A stretch of DNA of 63,976 nt, the filler included, from Chiloscyllium plagiosum (Eukaryota): the NCBI RefSeq assembly GCF_004010195.1. It is 4 parts of one record of this genome, joined end to end, with 100 filler letters (N's around TTAATTAATTAA, not from the genome) between each part and the next. Parts side by side here need not be neighbours in the genome. Positions count along the whole stretch, not along the records: positions 21,036 to 39,070 come from NC_057710.1; positions 39,171 to 60,633 come from NC_057710.1; 2 more parts are not named here. One strand, 5' to 3'. The notes beneath the pieces are model-generated. The model saw only the letters and a list, made by a program, of their open reading frames with translations, ran no database searches and was not told where the DNA came from. The position numbers and the translations under genes are program-made. How positions within the stretch are numbered: the stretch's first letter is position 1; every line of letters starts with the position of its first letter. Positions 35,785-49,000 of the stretch are shown piece after piece.

Positions 35785-35925
35785 GGGGCTGATGAGTTTA
35801 TGGGGCGATGTATCTGCAGACCATGGCTTGAACCCTCCCCAAGATTGGCGTGGTATCCAGTGAGAAGAGGCAACAGAAATGCAGGGGAACTCCTGGCTGC
35901 CTTCGAGCTCATTCCACGGGAGAAG
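35785..35925 (+). CDS. DYSF: Dysferlin internal exon (next exon; equivalent to human exon 34 as recalled)
   Basis: ccctag|GGG GCT GAT...GAG AAG|gtacg, 141 nt, phase 0/0, in frame with the preceding exon. Encodes [47 protein letters not shown] (human [47 protein letters not shown]). Not in the ORF track; read directly from the sequence. Confidence 0.93.
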
Positions 35926-36269
35926 GTACGTGAACCGTGAAATCCAGCAGCCTTTCCTCCACATGTACAGCAAAGCCCCACCTTTAACAGCATGGTTGAA
36001 CACATGTTCCAGGACACATCACAGGACGATCATTCAAAAAGAAATCTAATAGCGCATTATAGCATCATTCTGTTGAGTTTATCATAATTTTGTTCAGGCT
36101 TAAGTGTCATAAAATTATCTGCAATCCTTTCTCTCCACCATGGGGTAGGAAGTTCTCTACTTATGCCACCTGTATTTACAAACTCTGCCCTGATACATTT
36201 GAAGTTTGGCAGCCATTTCTCTCAAGGGGATGCCATGATTGGTTCCGAATGCAACTCGGGATTTTTTTA

Positions 36270-36910
36270 TTCATTCACATAACGTGGGTGTCACTGGCTG
36301 GGCCCAGCATTTATTGCCCATCCCGAGTTGCCCCTTGAGAAGGTGGGGGTGAGCTACCTTCTTGAGCCTCTGCAGTCCACCTGCATTGGGTTTGACCCAC
36401 AATGCCCTGAGGGAGGAAATTCCAGAATTTTGACCTAGTGACAGTGAAGGAATGGAACTGCGATATATTTCCAAGTCAGGATGGTGAGTGGCTTGGAGGG
36501 AAACTTGCAGGGGGTGGTGTTCCCATATATCTGCTGCCCTTGTCCTTCTGGATGGAAGTGGTTGTGGGTTTGGAAGGTGCTGTCTGAGGATCTTTGGTGA
36601 ATTTCTGCAGTGCATCTTGTAGATAGTACACACTGCTGTTACTGAGCGTCGGTGGTGGAGGGAGTGGAGGTTTGTGGATGTGGTGCTGGGCTGCTTTGTC
36701 CTGGATGGTGTTGAGCTTCTTGAGTGTTGTTGGAGCTGCCCCCATCCAGGCAAGTGGGGAGTACTCCATCACACACCTGACTTGTGCCTTGTAGATGGTG
36801 GACAGGCTTTGGGGAGTCAGGTGATGAGTTACTTGCTGCAGTATTCCTAACCTCTGACCTGCTCATGTAGACACTGTGTTTAATTGTGAATCCAATTCAG
36901 TTCCTGGTCT
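36270..36910 (-). mobile_element. Second CR1-clade LINE family, 3' end
   Basis: MEYSPLAWMGAAPTTLKKLNTIQDKA...LHHRRSVTAVCTIYKMHC. Other copies at ~31900-32540(+), 40180-41850(+; NYRPISLLS, ALDIKAAF) and 52960-54060(-). Confidence 0.8.
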
Positions 36911-37082
36911 TGCCAGCCCAAGGCTGGATATTGTCAAGGTCTTCCGTTGAACCTGGTTGGTTTCCTGCTGCTAACCCTCAGCCAGGTCCTCAGTGTGTTC
37001 CTCAATCCCCAATTTAGAAAGCTGTCTCCAGAAAGGAGAGGTTCCTCTCACAGAATCACAGAAGGATAGTGAAGCACCCAGT

Positions 37083-37582
37083 NNNNNNNNNNNNNNNNNN
37101 NNNNNNNNNNNNNNNNNNNNNNNNNNNNNNNNNNNNNNNNNNNNNNNNNNNNNNNNNNNNNNNNNNNNNNNNNNNNNNNNNNNNNNNNNNNNNNNNNNNN
37201 NNNNNNNNNNNNNNNNNNNNNNNNNNNNNNNNNNNNNNNNNNNNNNNNNNNNNNNNNNNNNNNNNNNNNNNNNNNNNNNNNNNNNNNNNNNNNNNNNNNN
37301 NNNNNNNNNNNNNNNNNNNNNNNNNNNNNNNNNNNNNNNNNNNNNNNNNNNNNNNNNNNNNNNNNNNNNNNNNNNNNNNNNNNNNNNNNNNNNNNNNNNN
37401 NNNNNNNNNNNNNNNNNNNNNNNNNNNNNNNNNNNNNNNNNNNNNNNNNNNNNNNNNNNNNNNNNNNNNNNNNNNNNNNNNNNNNNNNNNNNNNNNNNNN
37501 NNNNNNNNNNNNNNNNNNNNNNNNNNNNNNNNNNNNNNNNNNNNNNNNNNNNNNNNNNNNNNNNNNNNNNNNNNNNNNNNNN
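37083..37582. other. Assembly gap (500 N)
   Basis: Run of N. Confidence 0.99.
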
Positions 37583-38587
37583 TCTGTGGCAATGAGTTTC
37601 ACAGATTCCACACCCTCTGGCTGAAGAAATTTCTCCTCATCTCAGTTCGAAAGGGTCGTCCCCTCACTCTGAGGCGGTGCCCTCAGGTCCTAGTCTCTCC
37701 CACCAGTGGAAATGTTTCCTCCACATCCACTCTATCCAGGCCTCTCAGTACCCACTCTCCTCATCCTTCTAAACCCCATCGAGTACAGACCCAGAGTCCT
37801 CAACCACTCCCCATATGACAAGCCCTTCATCCCCGGGATGATTCTGTAAACCTCCTGTGGACCCCCCTCCAACACCAGCACATCCTTCCTTAGATACGGG
37901 GCCGAAAACTGCTCATAAATCCATCTAAAGTACATCAACTGCACTACTCTCCCATTCACACTTGGTCATCTCTCAAAACATTCCACTCTGCCAAAGCCAT
38001 GTTGACTATTCCTGACCAAACCTGACCTCTCTAAATGGAGATTAATGCTCTCCTTCACCATTTCCTCCAATAGTTTCCCTCCCACTGATGTGAGACTGAC
38101 TGGTCTATAGTTCCCTTCCCTGGCCTATGTCTCCCACCTCGAAGGGTTTCGACAGGGTAGGTATTGAGAAACTTTAAAAAAACACAAAGAACTGCAGATG
38201 CTGGAAATCTGAAACAAAATCAGAAACTGCGGGAGAAACTTGGCAGGTCTGGCAGCATCTGTGGTGAGAAAGCAGAGCTAACGTTTCAGGTCCAATGACC
38301 CTTCTTCAGAACTGAAAGGGGAGGATCTCACTGGACCTGAAACAGTGATGCTGCCAGATCTGCTGAGCTTCTCCAGCAGTTTCTCTGGATGTTGAGAATG
38401 GTTCTCCAAGGTGGGAGAGGCAAGCTTGGTGGAGGTGAGGGCAGCTTCGACACTGGGACTGGTGAGGACTTTCTTCCCCGAGAAGGTGGTCTCCCTGTGG
38501 AATCTGGTGAACAGTGAGGGGCTGAGTTAGATCTTTGATTGTATTTACTTTTGAAGGGGAGGAGGGGTAAAGGACAGAGAGCTGGCA

Positions 38588-39070
38588 GAATTGAATTTGA
38601 ATTGAATTTATTGTCACGTGTACCGAGACACAGTGAAAAGCTTTGTCTTTGTATTTACTTTTGAAGGGGAGGAGGGGTAAAGGACAGATAGCTGGCAGAA
38701 TTGAATTTGAATTGAATTTATTGTCACGTGTACCGAGACACAGTGAAAAGCTTTGTCTTGCGAGCAATACAGGCAGATCACAGAGTTAAGTAGCATAGAT
38801 AGTAAATAATAGGTAAACAGCGACAAAAACAAACACACAGGTACAGGCCAATGTTAGGAGTTTGTGAGTCCATTCAGTAATCTAACAACAGTAGGGTAGA
38901 AGCTGTTTCGAACCCGGCCGGTGCATGTGTTCAGGCTTCTGTACCTTCTCCCCGATGGTAGAGGTTGTAGAAAAACATTGCCAGGTTGGGATGGGTCTTT
39001 GAGAATGCTGGCGGCCTTTCCTTGACAGCGGGCCTGGTAGATGGATTCTATAGATGGGAGGTTGGCCTTT
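38588..39070 (-). mobile_element. Rex1/Babar-like LINE 3' end
   Basis: The minus strand encodes QPLPSGRRYRSLNTCTGRVRNSFYPTVVRLLN, followed by a 3' UTR ending AATAAA-TTCAATTCAAATTCAA. Truncated by the spacer. Confidence 0.75.
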
Positions 39071-39170
39071 NNNNNNNNNNNNNNNNNNNNNNNNNNNNNN
39101 NNNNNNNNNNNNNNTTAATTAATTAANNNNNNNNNNNNNNNNNNNNNNNNNNNNNNNNNNNNNNNNNNNN
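39071..39170. other. Artificial scaffold spacer (44 N + TTAATTAATTAA + 44 N)
   Basis: Same structure as 20936-21035. Confidence 0.97.
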
Positions 39171-39740
39171 GGGGTGGAGATGAAGGTGATAGGTCAAAGA
39201 GGAGGGTGGAGTGGATAGGTGGAAAAGAAGATAGGCAGGTAGGACAAGTCATGGGGACAGTGCTGAGCTGGAAGTTTGGAACTGGGGTGAGGTGGGGAAT
39301 GGGGAAATGAGGAAACCGGTGAAGTCCACATTGATGCCCTGGGGTTGAAGTGTTCTGAGGTGGACGATGAGGCATTCTTCCTCCAGGCGTTGGGTGGTAA
39401 GGGAGCAATGGTGAAGGAGGCCCAGGACCTCCACGTCCTCGACAGAGTGGGAGGGGGAGTTGAAATGTTGGGCCACAGAGCGGTGTGGTTGATTGGTGCG
39501 GGTGTCCCAGAGATGTTCCCTAAACCGATCTGCTTGGAGGCGTCCAGTCTCTCCAATGTAGAGGAGGCCACATCGGGAGCAACGCATACAATAAATGATA
39601 TTGGTGGATGTACAAGTAAAACTTTGATGGATGTGGAAGGCTCCTTTAGAGCCTTGGCTAGAGGTGAGGGAGGAGGTGTGGGCACAGGTTTTTCAATTCC
39701 TGCGGTGGCAGGGGAAGGTGCCAGGACGGGAGGGTTTGTG
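39171..39740 (-). mobile_element. Penelope-like element GIY-YIG endonuclease C-terminus
   Basis: FTCTSTNIIYCMRCSRCGLLYIGETGRLQADRFREHL...VAQHFN...LQPQGINVDF: the GIY-YIG motifs with the PLE-type Cys spacing. Confidence 0.9.
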
Positions 39741-42700
39741 GTCGGCAAGAACGAGTTGAATCGAAGGGTCTGTTTCTGTGCAGTATGACTCCATGTTCTG
39801 GACTCTGCACTATTTTGGAAGATGACAACCAACACATTGACTATTTCACAGCCACCTCATTTAGTATTCAGGCATGTAATTTATCAAGCTGCTGTATTTT
39901 ATCAGTCTCATTAATTTCTCCAGCATTAATTTTTCATAAATACAAATTTCTTTCCATTCTTCCTCTCTGGTTGACTTTTGCTTAGCTGACATTTCTGTGA
40001 AATTATTTGTATCTTTTTTCTGTGATCAGAGAAATAAAGTAGTTGTTTAACTGCTCAGCTATTTTGTCAATTGTCCTGTTTCAGACTGTGAGGGTCCTAG
40101 TTGTGTATAAACTAATATTTTTCCTAGAAGCTTCTATTGTCTGCTTTTTTGTTTTCTGTACGTTTGTATCCATTTTGTCCTGGACACAAAAAGGAAGAGG
40201 TCAAATCCAACTTGACCAATTACCGCCCCATCAGTCTACTCTCGATTATCAGAGAAGTGATGGAAGGTGCTATCAACAGTGCTATCAAGCAGCACCAGCT
40301 CAGCAATAACCTGCTCAGTGACGCCCAGTTTGAGTTCTGTCAGGGCCACTCAGCTCCTGACCTCATTACAGCCTTGGTTCAAACATGGACAAAAGAGCTG
40401 AACTCCAGAGGGGAGGAGAGAGGGACAGCCCTTGACATCAAGGCTGCATTCGGCCAAGTGTAGCATCAAGGAGCCCTGGCAAAACTGGAATCAATGGGTA
40501 AACCCTCTGGTGGTTAGAGTCAGACTTGACATAGAGGAGGATGGTCATGGTTGTTGGAGGTCAGTCATCTTAGCTCCTGGACATCTCTGCAGGAGTTCCT
40601 CAGGGTAGTGTCCTCGGCCCAACCATCTTCAGCTGCTTCATCACACCCTCCATCACAAGTGAGGATGTTCACCAATGATTGCACAAATTCAGCACCATTC
40701 GCAGCTCCCCAGATACTGAAGGAGTCCATATTCAAATTCAACAAGAGTTGGGCAACATTCAGGTTTGCGCCCAAAATTGACAAATGACATTTGCACCATA
40801 CAAATGCAATGACCATGATTAGATTAGATTCCCTAAAGTGTGGAAACAGGCCCTTTGGCCTAACAAGTCCACACCAACCCTCCGAAGAGCAACCAACCCA
40901 GACCCATTCCCCTAACTAATGCGCCTAACACTGCGGGCAATTTAGCCTGGCTAATCCACATAACCTGCACATCTTTGGAATGTGGGAGGAAACAGGAGCA
41001 CCCGGAGGAAACCCACGCAGACAATGTGTAAACTCCACACAGACAGTTGCCCGAGCTGGCGCTGTGAGGCAGCAGTGCTAACCACTGAGCCACCGTGCTG
41101 ACCATCTCGGGAGAGAGAGAGAGAGAACATAACCACTACCGGTCGATATTCAATGACATTACCATCACTGAATCTCCCATTATCACATTTTCAGAGTCAC
41201 TATTGACAAGAAACAGGACTAGACTCACCACATAAACACAATGGCTACAAGAGCAGCTCAGAGGCTAGGAATCCTGAAGCAGGTAACTCACCTCCTGACT
41301 CCCCGAAACGTCGATTTTCCTGCTCCTCGGATGCTGCCTGACCTGCTGTGCTTTTCCAGCACCACTCTAATCTTGACCCCAAAGCCTGTCCACCATCTAC
41401 AAGGGACAAGTCAGGAGGGTGATGGAGTACTCCCCACTTGCCTGGATGGGGGCAGCTCCAACAACACTCAAGAAGCTTGACACCATCCAGGACAAAGCAA
41501 CCCATTTGATTGGCACCACATCCACAAACATCCACTCCCTCCACCACCGACACTCAGTAGCAGCAGTGTGTACCACCACCAAAGAACCTCAGACAGCACC
41601 TTCCAAACCCACAACCACTTCCAACTAGAAGGACAAGGGCGGCAAATACATGGGAACACCACCCTCTTCAAGTTCCCCTCAAAGTCACTCACCCTCCTTA
41701 CTTGGAAACCTATTGACAAAATTCACTCAAGTTCCACCAACTCCCTCCTTAGTAGCACATGGACTGGAGCAGGTCAAGAAGGCAGCTCACCACCAGCTTC
41801 TCAAGGACAGGCAATAAATGCTGGACAAGCTCACATCCCCTGAATGAATGCCTCCATCTCACCCGGTCCTACAGTTAATCAGATTAATAACCTCTCTCTT
41901 GTCTGCATAATTTGGGGTTTAATGGGAGATGGGTTCATTTTGCTATTGTGCAACAGGAACAGGCACTGAGTTAGGGGATTTTCTGAGGAGGTGAGCACAT
42001 ATCGAACAGGTGGCTGAAAAGACAAATATTCTTCGGTGTTTTGATGAGATATCAGGGTTGGGAAATATTCATGAATAGGTTTCTCTCAGGAGATTAACTG
42101 GAATAGAGGAGACTATTTGTGAGTGGTGTGGGTATAGGGGCATAGTGGCATACTGGTCATGTTACTGTCGAGTAATCAAGAAGCCTGGGAAAATGATCCA
42201 AGATTACGTCCAATCCCATAATAGCTGCTGTGAAATTTAATAGAAACTAACAGCAGGGGTAAGCCAATCCACCCTTTCACATTTCTCTTGATCTCAGTCT
42301 TGGATGGCCTAGCCTGTATCTGCTGACTACTACCCCTGTTTCTGGACTTCCCGGTCATTGGGCATACCCTTCCTGTATCTCCCCTGTCGAGTGTTGCTTA
42401 AACGCTATAGGCCTCTATGAGATCTACCTTTGTTCTTCTAAATTCAGCTGATTCTTCCCTTTATGTCAGGCCTGCCATCCCAGGAATCAGACTGGTAGAC
42501 ATTCGCTGTGTTCCCTTTGTAGCCAGTATATCATTCCTCAGACAAAAAGAACAAAACTGCATACAGCACCCCAGGGTGTGGTGTCACCAAGGCTAGGGCG
42601 GTAAGCCATCTCTATTTGTGATCTCAAACCCTTTTGCAATAATGTCAGTGGTCTCCCTAATTGCTGTTTGAATCTACCTGTCTAATTTCATTGGCTGCAA

Positions 42701-44550
42701 AGACATCCTGATCCCTTTGCATCCACACTTCCCAATATCTCATCAGTTAAGTATCATAGAATCCCTACATTGTGGAGGCAGGCCATTTGGCCCATTGAGT
42801 CCACACCAACCCTCCAAAGAGCAGCCCACCCAAATCCAACCACCTTCCCTTTAACCCGACATTTCCCATAGCTATTCCACTTGACCTGCACATCCCTGAG
42901 CACTATGCGTGATTTAGCATGGCCAATCCATCTAATCTGAACGTCTTTGGACTGTGGAAGGAAACTGGAGCACCCAGAGGAAACCCATGCAGAATCGGGG
43001 AGAATGTGCAAACTCTGCACAGACAGTCACCCGAGAGTTTAATCGAACCTGGGCGCCTGGTGCTGTGAAGCAGCAGTGCTAACCACTGAACCACCACACC
43101 ATAGTAATGCTCTGCCTGTCTGGATTTTATGCTGAAGTGCATAACTTCACATTTACCCATGTTGTGCTGTATCTGCCATGTCTTTGCCCACTCATTCCCA
43201 TTGTCTAAATCACCTTGAAGCCTTCTTATCCACCTCATGATTCACAAACCTGCCAGTTTTGCTTGGAGGACCTGGTCATGGCAGATGGAGGTGGAGAGGG
43301 ACTGGATGTCCGTGGTGAAGATGAGGTGTTGGCGGCAGGGGAAATGGAAGTCTTGGAGGAGGTGGAGGGTGTGGGTGGTGTCCCAAATGCATGTGGGGAG
43401 TTCCTGGACTAGGGGCGATAGGACAGTGTCAAGGTAGGTGGAGATGAAATCAGTAGGGCAGGAGCAGGCTGAGACGATGGGTTGGCTGGGGTAGTTAGGT
43501 TGTGGATCTTAGGTAGGCCTCAGTGCAGAATTTGGCCATTCGGCCTATTGACTCTGTTCTGCCATTTGATCACGGCTGATACATTTTTTAATCTCATTCT
43601 CCTGCCTGTAACCCTTGACTCCCTTACTAATCAAAAACCTATCTATCTCTGTCTTAAAAACACTCAATGATGTGGCCACCATGGTCTGTGGCAATATGCT
43701 CCACACATTAATCATATTGTGTCTGAAAAAATTCCTCCTCATCTCTGTTCTAAAGGGTCGTCTCTACACACCCTGAGGCTGTGCCCCGGGTCCTGGTCTC
43801 TCCTACTAGTGGAAACATCTTCTCCCTGTCCAGTTCTGGGTACTGATCTTTGTGGTATTCCACTAGTCCCGCATACTACTCAAAAAAAAGATGCATTTAT
43901 TCCCATACTTTCTCTCCTGTCTGTTAACCAATTCTTGACCTGTGCCAATATATTATCCCTAAACTCATGGGTGCTTTAATTTGCTTACTAACCTCTTATG
44001 AGGAACCGTATCAAAAACTTTCTAAAAATCGAAATATGCTGGTTCTCCCTGATCTATTCTAATAGTTACATCCTCAAAAATTGCCAATAGATATGTTAAG
44101 CATGAGATGTCCTCTGTAAACCCATTCTGGATTTGTTCATTCCCATTCTGGCTTTCCAAGTGTTCCATCATCATAGCTTTTATAATAGACTTGAGCATTT
44201 TCTCCATGACTGGGCCCTTTTTAAATCCCATGTTTACATTTACCAACCTCCAATCTGTAGGAACTGCTCCAGAGTCTCCAAAATTTTGGAAGATAACCAT
44301 CAATGCATTCAATATTTCCAGGATCACTTCTTTCCATAGTCTGTAGATGATCAGGCCCTGGTGATTTGTTAGCTTTTGATACCATTGAATACCCCACGAC
44401 AATCTTATTACCCCCAGTCCTGATTTTCTTCAAATCCCCCTCTTACTCCCAGACATTTCTGGGAGATTATTTGTGAAGACAGAACCTAAGGGTGTGTTCA
44501 ATTCTTCTGTGATGGCAGAGTGGGTTTGTCACTGGGCTAGTAATTCAGCA

Positions 44551-44727
44551 GGGGAAAGTGAGGTCTGCAGATGCTGGAGATCAGAGCTGAAAATGTGTTG
44601 CTGGAAAAGCGCAGCAGGTCAGGCGGCATCCAGGAATTCCTGAAGAAGGGCTTATGCCCGAAACATCGATTCTCCTGTTCCCTGGGTGCTGCCTGACCTG
44701 CTGCGCTTTTCCAGCAACACATTTTCA
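44551..44727. mobile_element. Palindromic Penelope-derived element (family 1) with 15-bp TSD
   Basis: TSD GCTAGTAATTCAGCA (44536-44550 / 44728-44742). Core CTGAAGAAGGGCTTATGCCCGAAA. Similar elements at 50632-50860 and 53328-53555. Confidence 0.8.
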
Positions 44728-45564
44728 GCTAGTAATTCAGCAACCCAGTTGATGCTCTGGGGACCTGTATTTGAATCCCATCACAGCATGTGGTTAAATT
44801 TGAATTCAATAAAAATCTGGAATTAAAAGTCTAATGAGGGCAATGGATTGATTGTGGTTGCGATGTGTTTGAGTTTTAATGCTCTTCTGAAATGGCCACT
44901 CCATCGTAACAATCAGTAGATTGTTAAAGAAATGAAACACGATGGACCACTGGAAATGATGAAGGCAAACTCAGCTCTGTCGACCCTGCAAAGCCCTCTT
45001 CACTATCATCTGGGGACTACCGCCAAGATTGGGAGAGCTGTCTCACAGAGTAGTCAAGCAACAGCCTGATATAGTCATCCTCATGGAATCGTACCTTGCA
45101 GACAATAGTCCCACCGTTACAGGAAGGGTATTATGAAACTGGAGAGGGTTCAGAAAAGACTTATAAGGTTGTTGCCGGGATTGGAAGGTTTGAGATAGAA
45201 AAATAGATTAGAAAGACTGGACTTTTTCACTGGAGCGTAGGAGATTGAGGGATTTATAAACCTGACAGAGGTTTATAAAATCATGAGGGGCATGGATGTG
45301 AGTAGCAAGAGTCTTTTCCCTGAGGTGAGGGAGTTCAAAGCTCGGGGCCATATTTTTAAGGTGAGAGGAGAAAGGTTTGTAAAGAACATGACGGACAACT
45401 TTTTTCCACAGAGAGCACTTTCAGTGTGTAATGAACTGCCAGAGAAAATGGTAGATGCGTGTACAGTCATAATGTTTAAAAGGCATTTGGACATGTTAAT
45501 GAACAGGCAACGTTTGGAGGGATATGGGCCAAACGCAGGCAGGTGGGACTAGTTTAGTTTGGAG

Positions 45565-46030
45565 GTAAAAACAATGACTGCAGATGCTGGAAAACCTGTG
45601 TCCACACCTCCTCCCTCACCTCTATCCAAGGCCCTAAAGGAGCCTTCCACATCCATCAAAGTTTTACCTGCACATCCACTAATATCATTTATTGTATCTG
45701 TTGCTCCTGATGCGGTCTCCTCTACATTGGGGAGACTGGGCACCTCCTAGCAGAGTGCTTTAGGGAACATCTCCGAGACACCCGCACCAATCAACCAAAC
45801 CACCCCGTGGCCCAACATTTCAACTCCCCCTCCCACTCTGCCGAGGACATGGAAGTCCTGGGCCTCCTTCACCGCCNNNNNNNNNNNNNCACCCCCACCC
45901 TCCTCTAGCTTATCTCTCCATGCTTCAGGCTCTCTGCCTTTATTCCTGATGAAGGGCGTTTGCCCGAAACGTTGACTTCGCTGCTCCTTGGATGCTGCCT
46001 GAACTGCTGTGCTCTTCCAGCACCACTAAT
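45565..46030 (+). mobile_element. Penelope-like element 3' part (GIY-YIG remnant plus hammerhead-bearing terminus)
   Basis: FTCTSTNIIYCICCS*CGLLYIGETG...FREHL...VAQHFN, then CTGATGAAGGGCGTTTGCCCGAAACGTT at 45946-45973. Confidence 0.88.
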
Positions 46031-46184
46031 TTAGTTTGGGAACTTGATTGGCATGGGCTGGTTTGACTGAAGGATCTGTTTGAATGCTGTGTGACTCCGG
46101 GAATCTATGTGCAAGACATTAAAGCTTGTTTATTCAAAGAATGGTGGGAATGTGGAACTCTTGGGCACAGCAAGGTCATACAGT

Positions 46185-47255
46185 CATAGAGATGCACAGC
46201 ACGGAAACAGACCCTTTGGTCCAACTCATCCATGCCGACCAGATATTCTAAATATATCTATTCCCATTTGCCAACACCCGGCCCATATCCCTCCAAACCC
46301 TTCCTATTCATATACCCACCCAAATGCCTTTTAAATGTTGCAATCATACCAATACTCCACCATTTCCTCTGACAGCTCATTGCATACACGCACCACCCTC
46401 TGAGTGAAAATTTGCCCCTTAGGTCCCTTTTATATCTTTCCCCTCTCTCCTGAAACCTGTGCCCTCTTGTTCTGAACTCCCCCATCCCAGGGAAAAAGCT
46501 TTGTCTATTTATCCTATCCATGCCCCTCATGATTTTATAAACCTCTATAAGGTCACCCCACAGCCTCTGATACTCCAGGGAAAACAGCCCCAGCCTATTC
46601 AACCTCTCCCTATAGCTCAAATCCCCCAACCCTGGCCACATCCTTGTAAGTCTTTTCTGAACCCTTTTAAGTTTCACAACATCCTTCTGCTAGGAAGGAG
46701 ACCAGAATTGCATGCAATATTCCAAAAGTGCCCGAATCAATGTCCTGTACAGCTGTAACATGACCTCCCAACTCCTGTACTCAATACTCTGACCAATAAA
46801 GGAAAGCATACCAAAATGCCTTCTTCACTATCCTATCTACCTGCGACCCCACTTTCAAGGAGCTATGCACCTGCACTCCAAGGTCTCGTTGTTCTGCAAC
46901 ACTCCCTAGAATCTTACCATTAAGTGTATAAATCCTGCTAAGATTTGCTTTCCCAAAATGCAGCACCTCATATTTATCTGAATTAAACTCCATCTGCCAC
47001 TCCTCAGCCCATTGGTCCATCTGATCAAGATCCTGTTGTAATCTGAGGTAACCTTCTTCGCTGTCCACTACACCTCCAATTTTGGTGTCGTCTGCAATCT
47101 TACTAACTATACCTCTTATGCTCACATCCAAATCATTTATATAAATGACAAAGAGTAGTGGACCCAGCACCGATCCTTGTGGCACTCCACTGGTCACAGG
47201 CCTCCAGTCTGAAAAACAACCCTCCACCACCACCCTCTGTCTTCTACCTTTGAGC
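46185..47255 (-). mobile_element. CR1 LINE RT to 3' end
   Basis: VTSGVPQGSVLGPLLFVIYINDLD, KIADDTK and WQMEFN motifs. Confidence 0.93.
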
Positions 47256-48424
47256 TAGTTGTGATTGATCCCAGTTCTATGGATGAATTCCTGGGGATCC
47301 TAGTCAGGCAGGTGTGGGTGAAGGGAAATAACAGTGTTAACAAAGTTACAATGACAGATTTGGAGGTGAAAACGTGGGAAGAAACTCTGGTGGGAGCATA
47401 ATGCTGGCCTGGACTGGCTGGACTGAATGGCCTGTATGGTGTATCTGATGCAATTCTCAATAATTCTCATCATGAAATTACTAGCCTCTGGAGCAAGTTG
47501 TTTTGCATTTGCTTTTATTTTGACACCATAAAGAGGTAGGAACAGAAGTAGACCACTCAGCCCAACAAGTTTGCTCTGCCATTCAATGAGACCATGGCTG
47601 ATCTGATAATCCCCAACTCCACTCTCCTGCCTTGTCCCCATTCTCCTTGATTCTCTCTACCTCGGCCTTAAATATTAATGACCCAGCCTCGATGTCCCTC
47701 TGCAGTAAAGATATCTACAGATCCAGTACCCTCTTGACCATCAGTCCGGGTGATATTAGTTCACAAGCACTCAGCATTGGACTGGACGACTGCTTGTTGC
47801 CATAGTATTTCAATAAACATGTAACACAGACCAGGAACTGGATTCTCTGTCTCAACCTTCGTCTTAAACATCCTGAGTAGGAACTGAGTGCTGAATACAA
47901 GCCAATGGGCAGATATTCGCATGTAGGAACACCCAGTGTTCACCATTCTTCAAACTGGGCGTTGATGACAAAGAATATGCATTTATACAGCACTTTATAA
48001 CATTGTTTGCAAACAACCCAAGCATGCAAAGAATGTTTTATTATCCAGTCACGCGTGTGATTTATCTCACAACAATTTTGCAGAATGAATAAGCAGTTAA
48101 TCTTCTTTACATTTTGTTGATGGTATATGGGTGAATCATCAGGAATGAATTTATTGCCCAGCTCCTTGTTAACCTGAAAGATTGGGTATCAGATGGTTGT
48201 CTTCTCTCATTGTTTGTTTTAAAAAAAAGAATGAAACATTCGTAGAGCCCTTCATCACCTCAGGCTGACCCAATGCATTGAACTGGCAAAGGTATACTTT
48301 TGGAATGTAATGCTATGCAGGCAACAACAAAGCCAATTTGCACGCAGCTAGCTTCCTGAAGCTGCAGAGAGAGAGAGAGAGAGAATGGCCCAGATCATTT
48401 GTTTCAATGATGTTGGTTGGGGGT

Positions 48425-49000
48425 TAGCAGGGGGATTGCGTTTAAGAGCCATGAGGTTATGCTGCAGCTCTATAAAGTCCTGGTTAGCCCACACTTGGAA
48501 TATTGTGTTCAGTTCTAGTCACATCGTTACAGGGAAGATGTGGAAGCTTTAGAGAGGATGCAAAGGAGATTTACCAGGATGCTGCCTGGACTGGAGGGAT
48601 GTCTTATGAAGAAAGGTTGAGGGAGCTAGGACTTTTCTCATTGCAATGAGGAAGAGAGGCGACTTGATAGAGGTGTACAAGATGATGAGAGGCATAGGCA
48701 GACTGAATAGTCGGAGACGTTTTTCCCGGGCAGAAATGGCTATCATAATTTTAAGGTGATTGGAGGAAGGTTGAGGGGAGATGTCAGAGATAGGTTCTTT
48801 ACACAGAGTGGTGGGTACGGGGAATGCACTGCCAGTGGTGGTAGTAGATTCAGAGACATTAGGAACATTTAATTGACTCTTGGATAGGCACATGGATGAT
48901 AGTAAAATGTAGGGTATGTTGGTTGTCTGATCTTAGAGGAGGATAAAAGGTCAGCACAACATTGAGGGTTGAAGGGCCTGCACTGTTCTATGCTCTATGC
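48425..49000 (+). mobile_element. CR1 LINE 3' end
   Basis: LYKVLVSPHLEYCVQF and LERMQRRFTRMLPG motifs; TCTATGC tail. Confidence 0.88.

Noticed and set aside
36993..37818. Long ORFs across the N run
   Set aside because: Artefacts of translating N.
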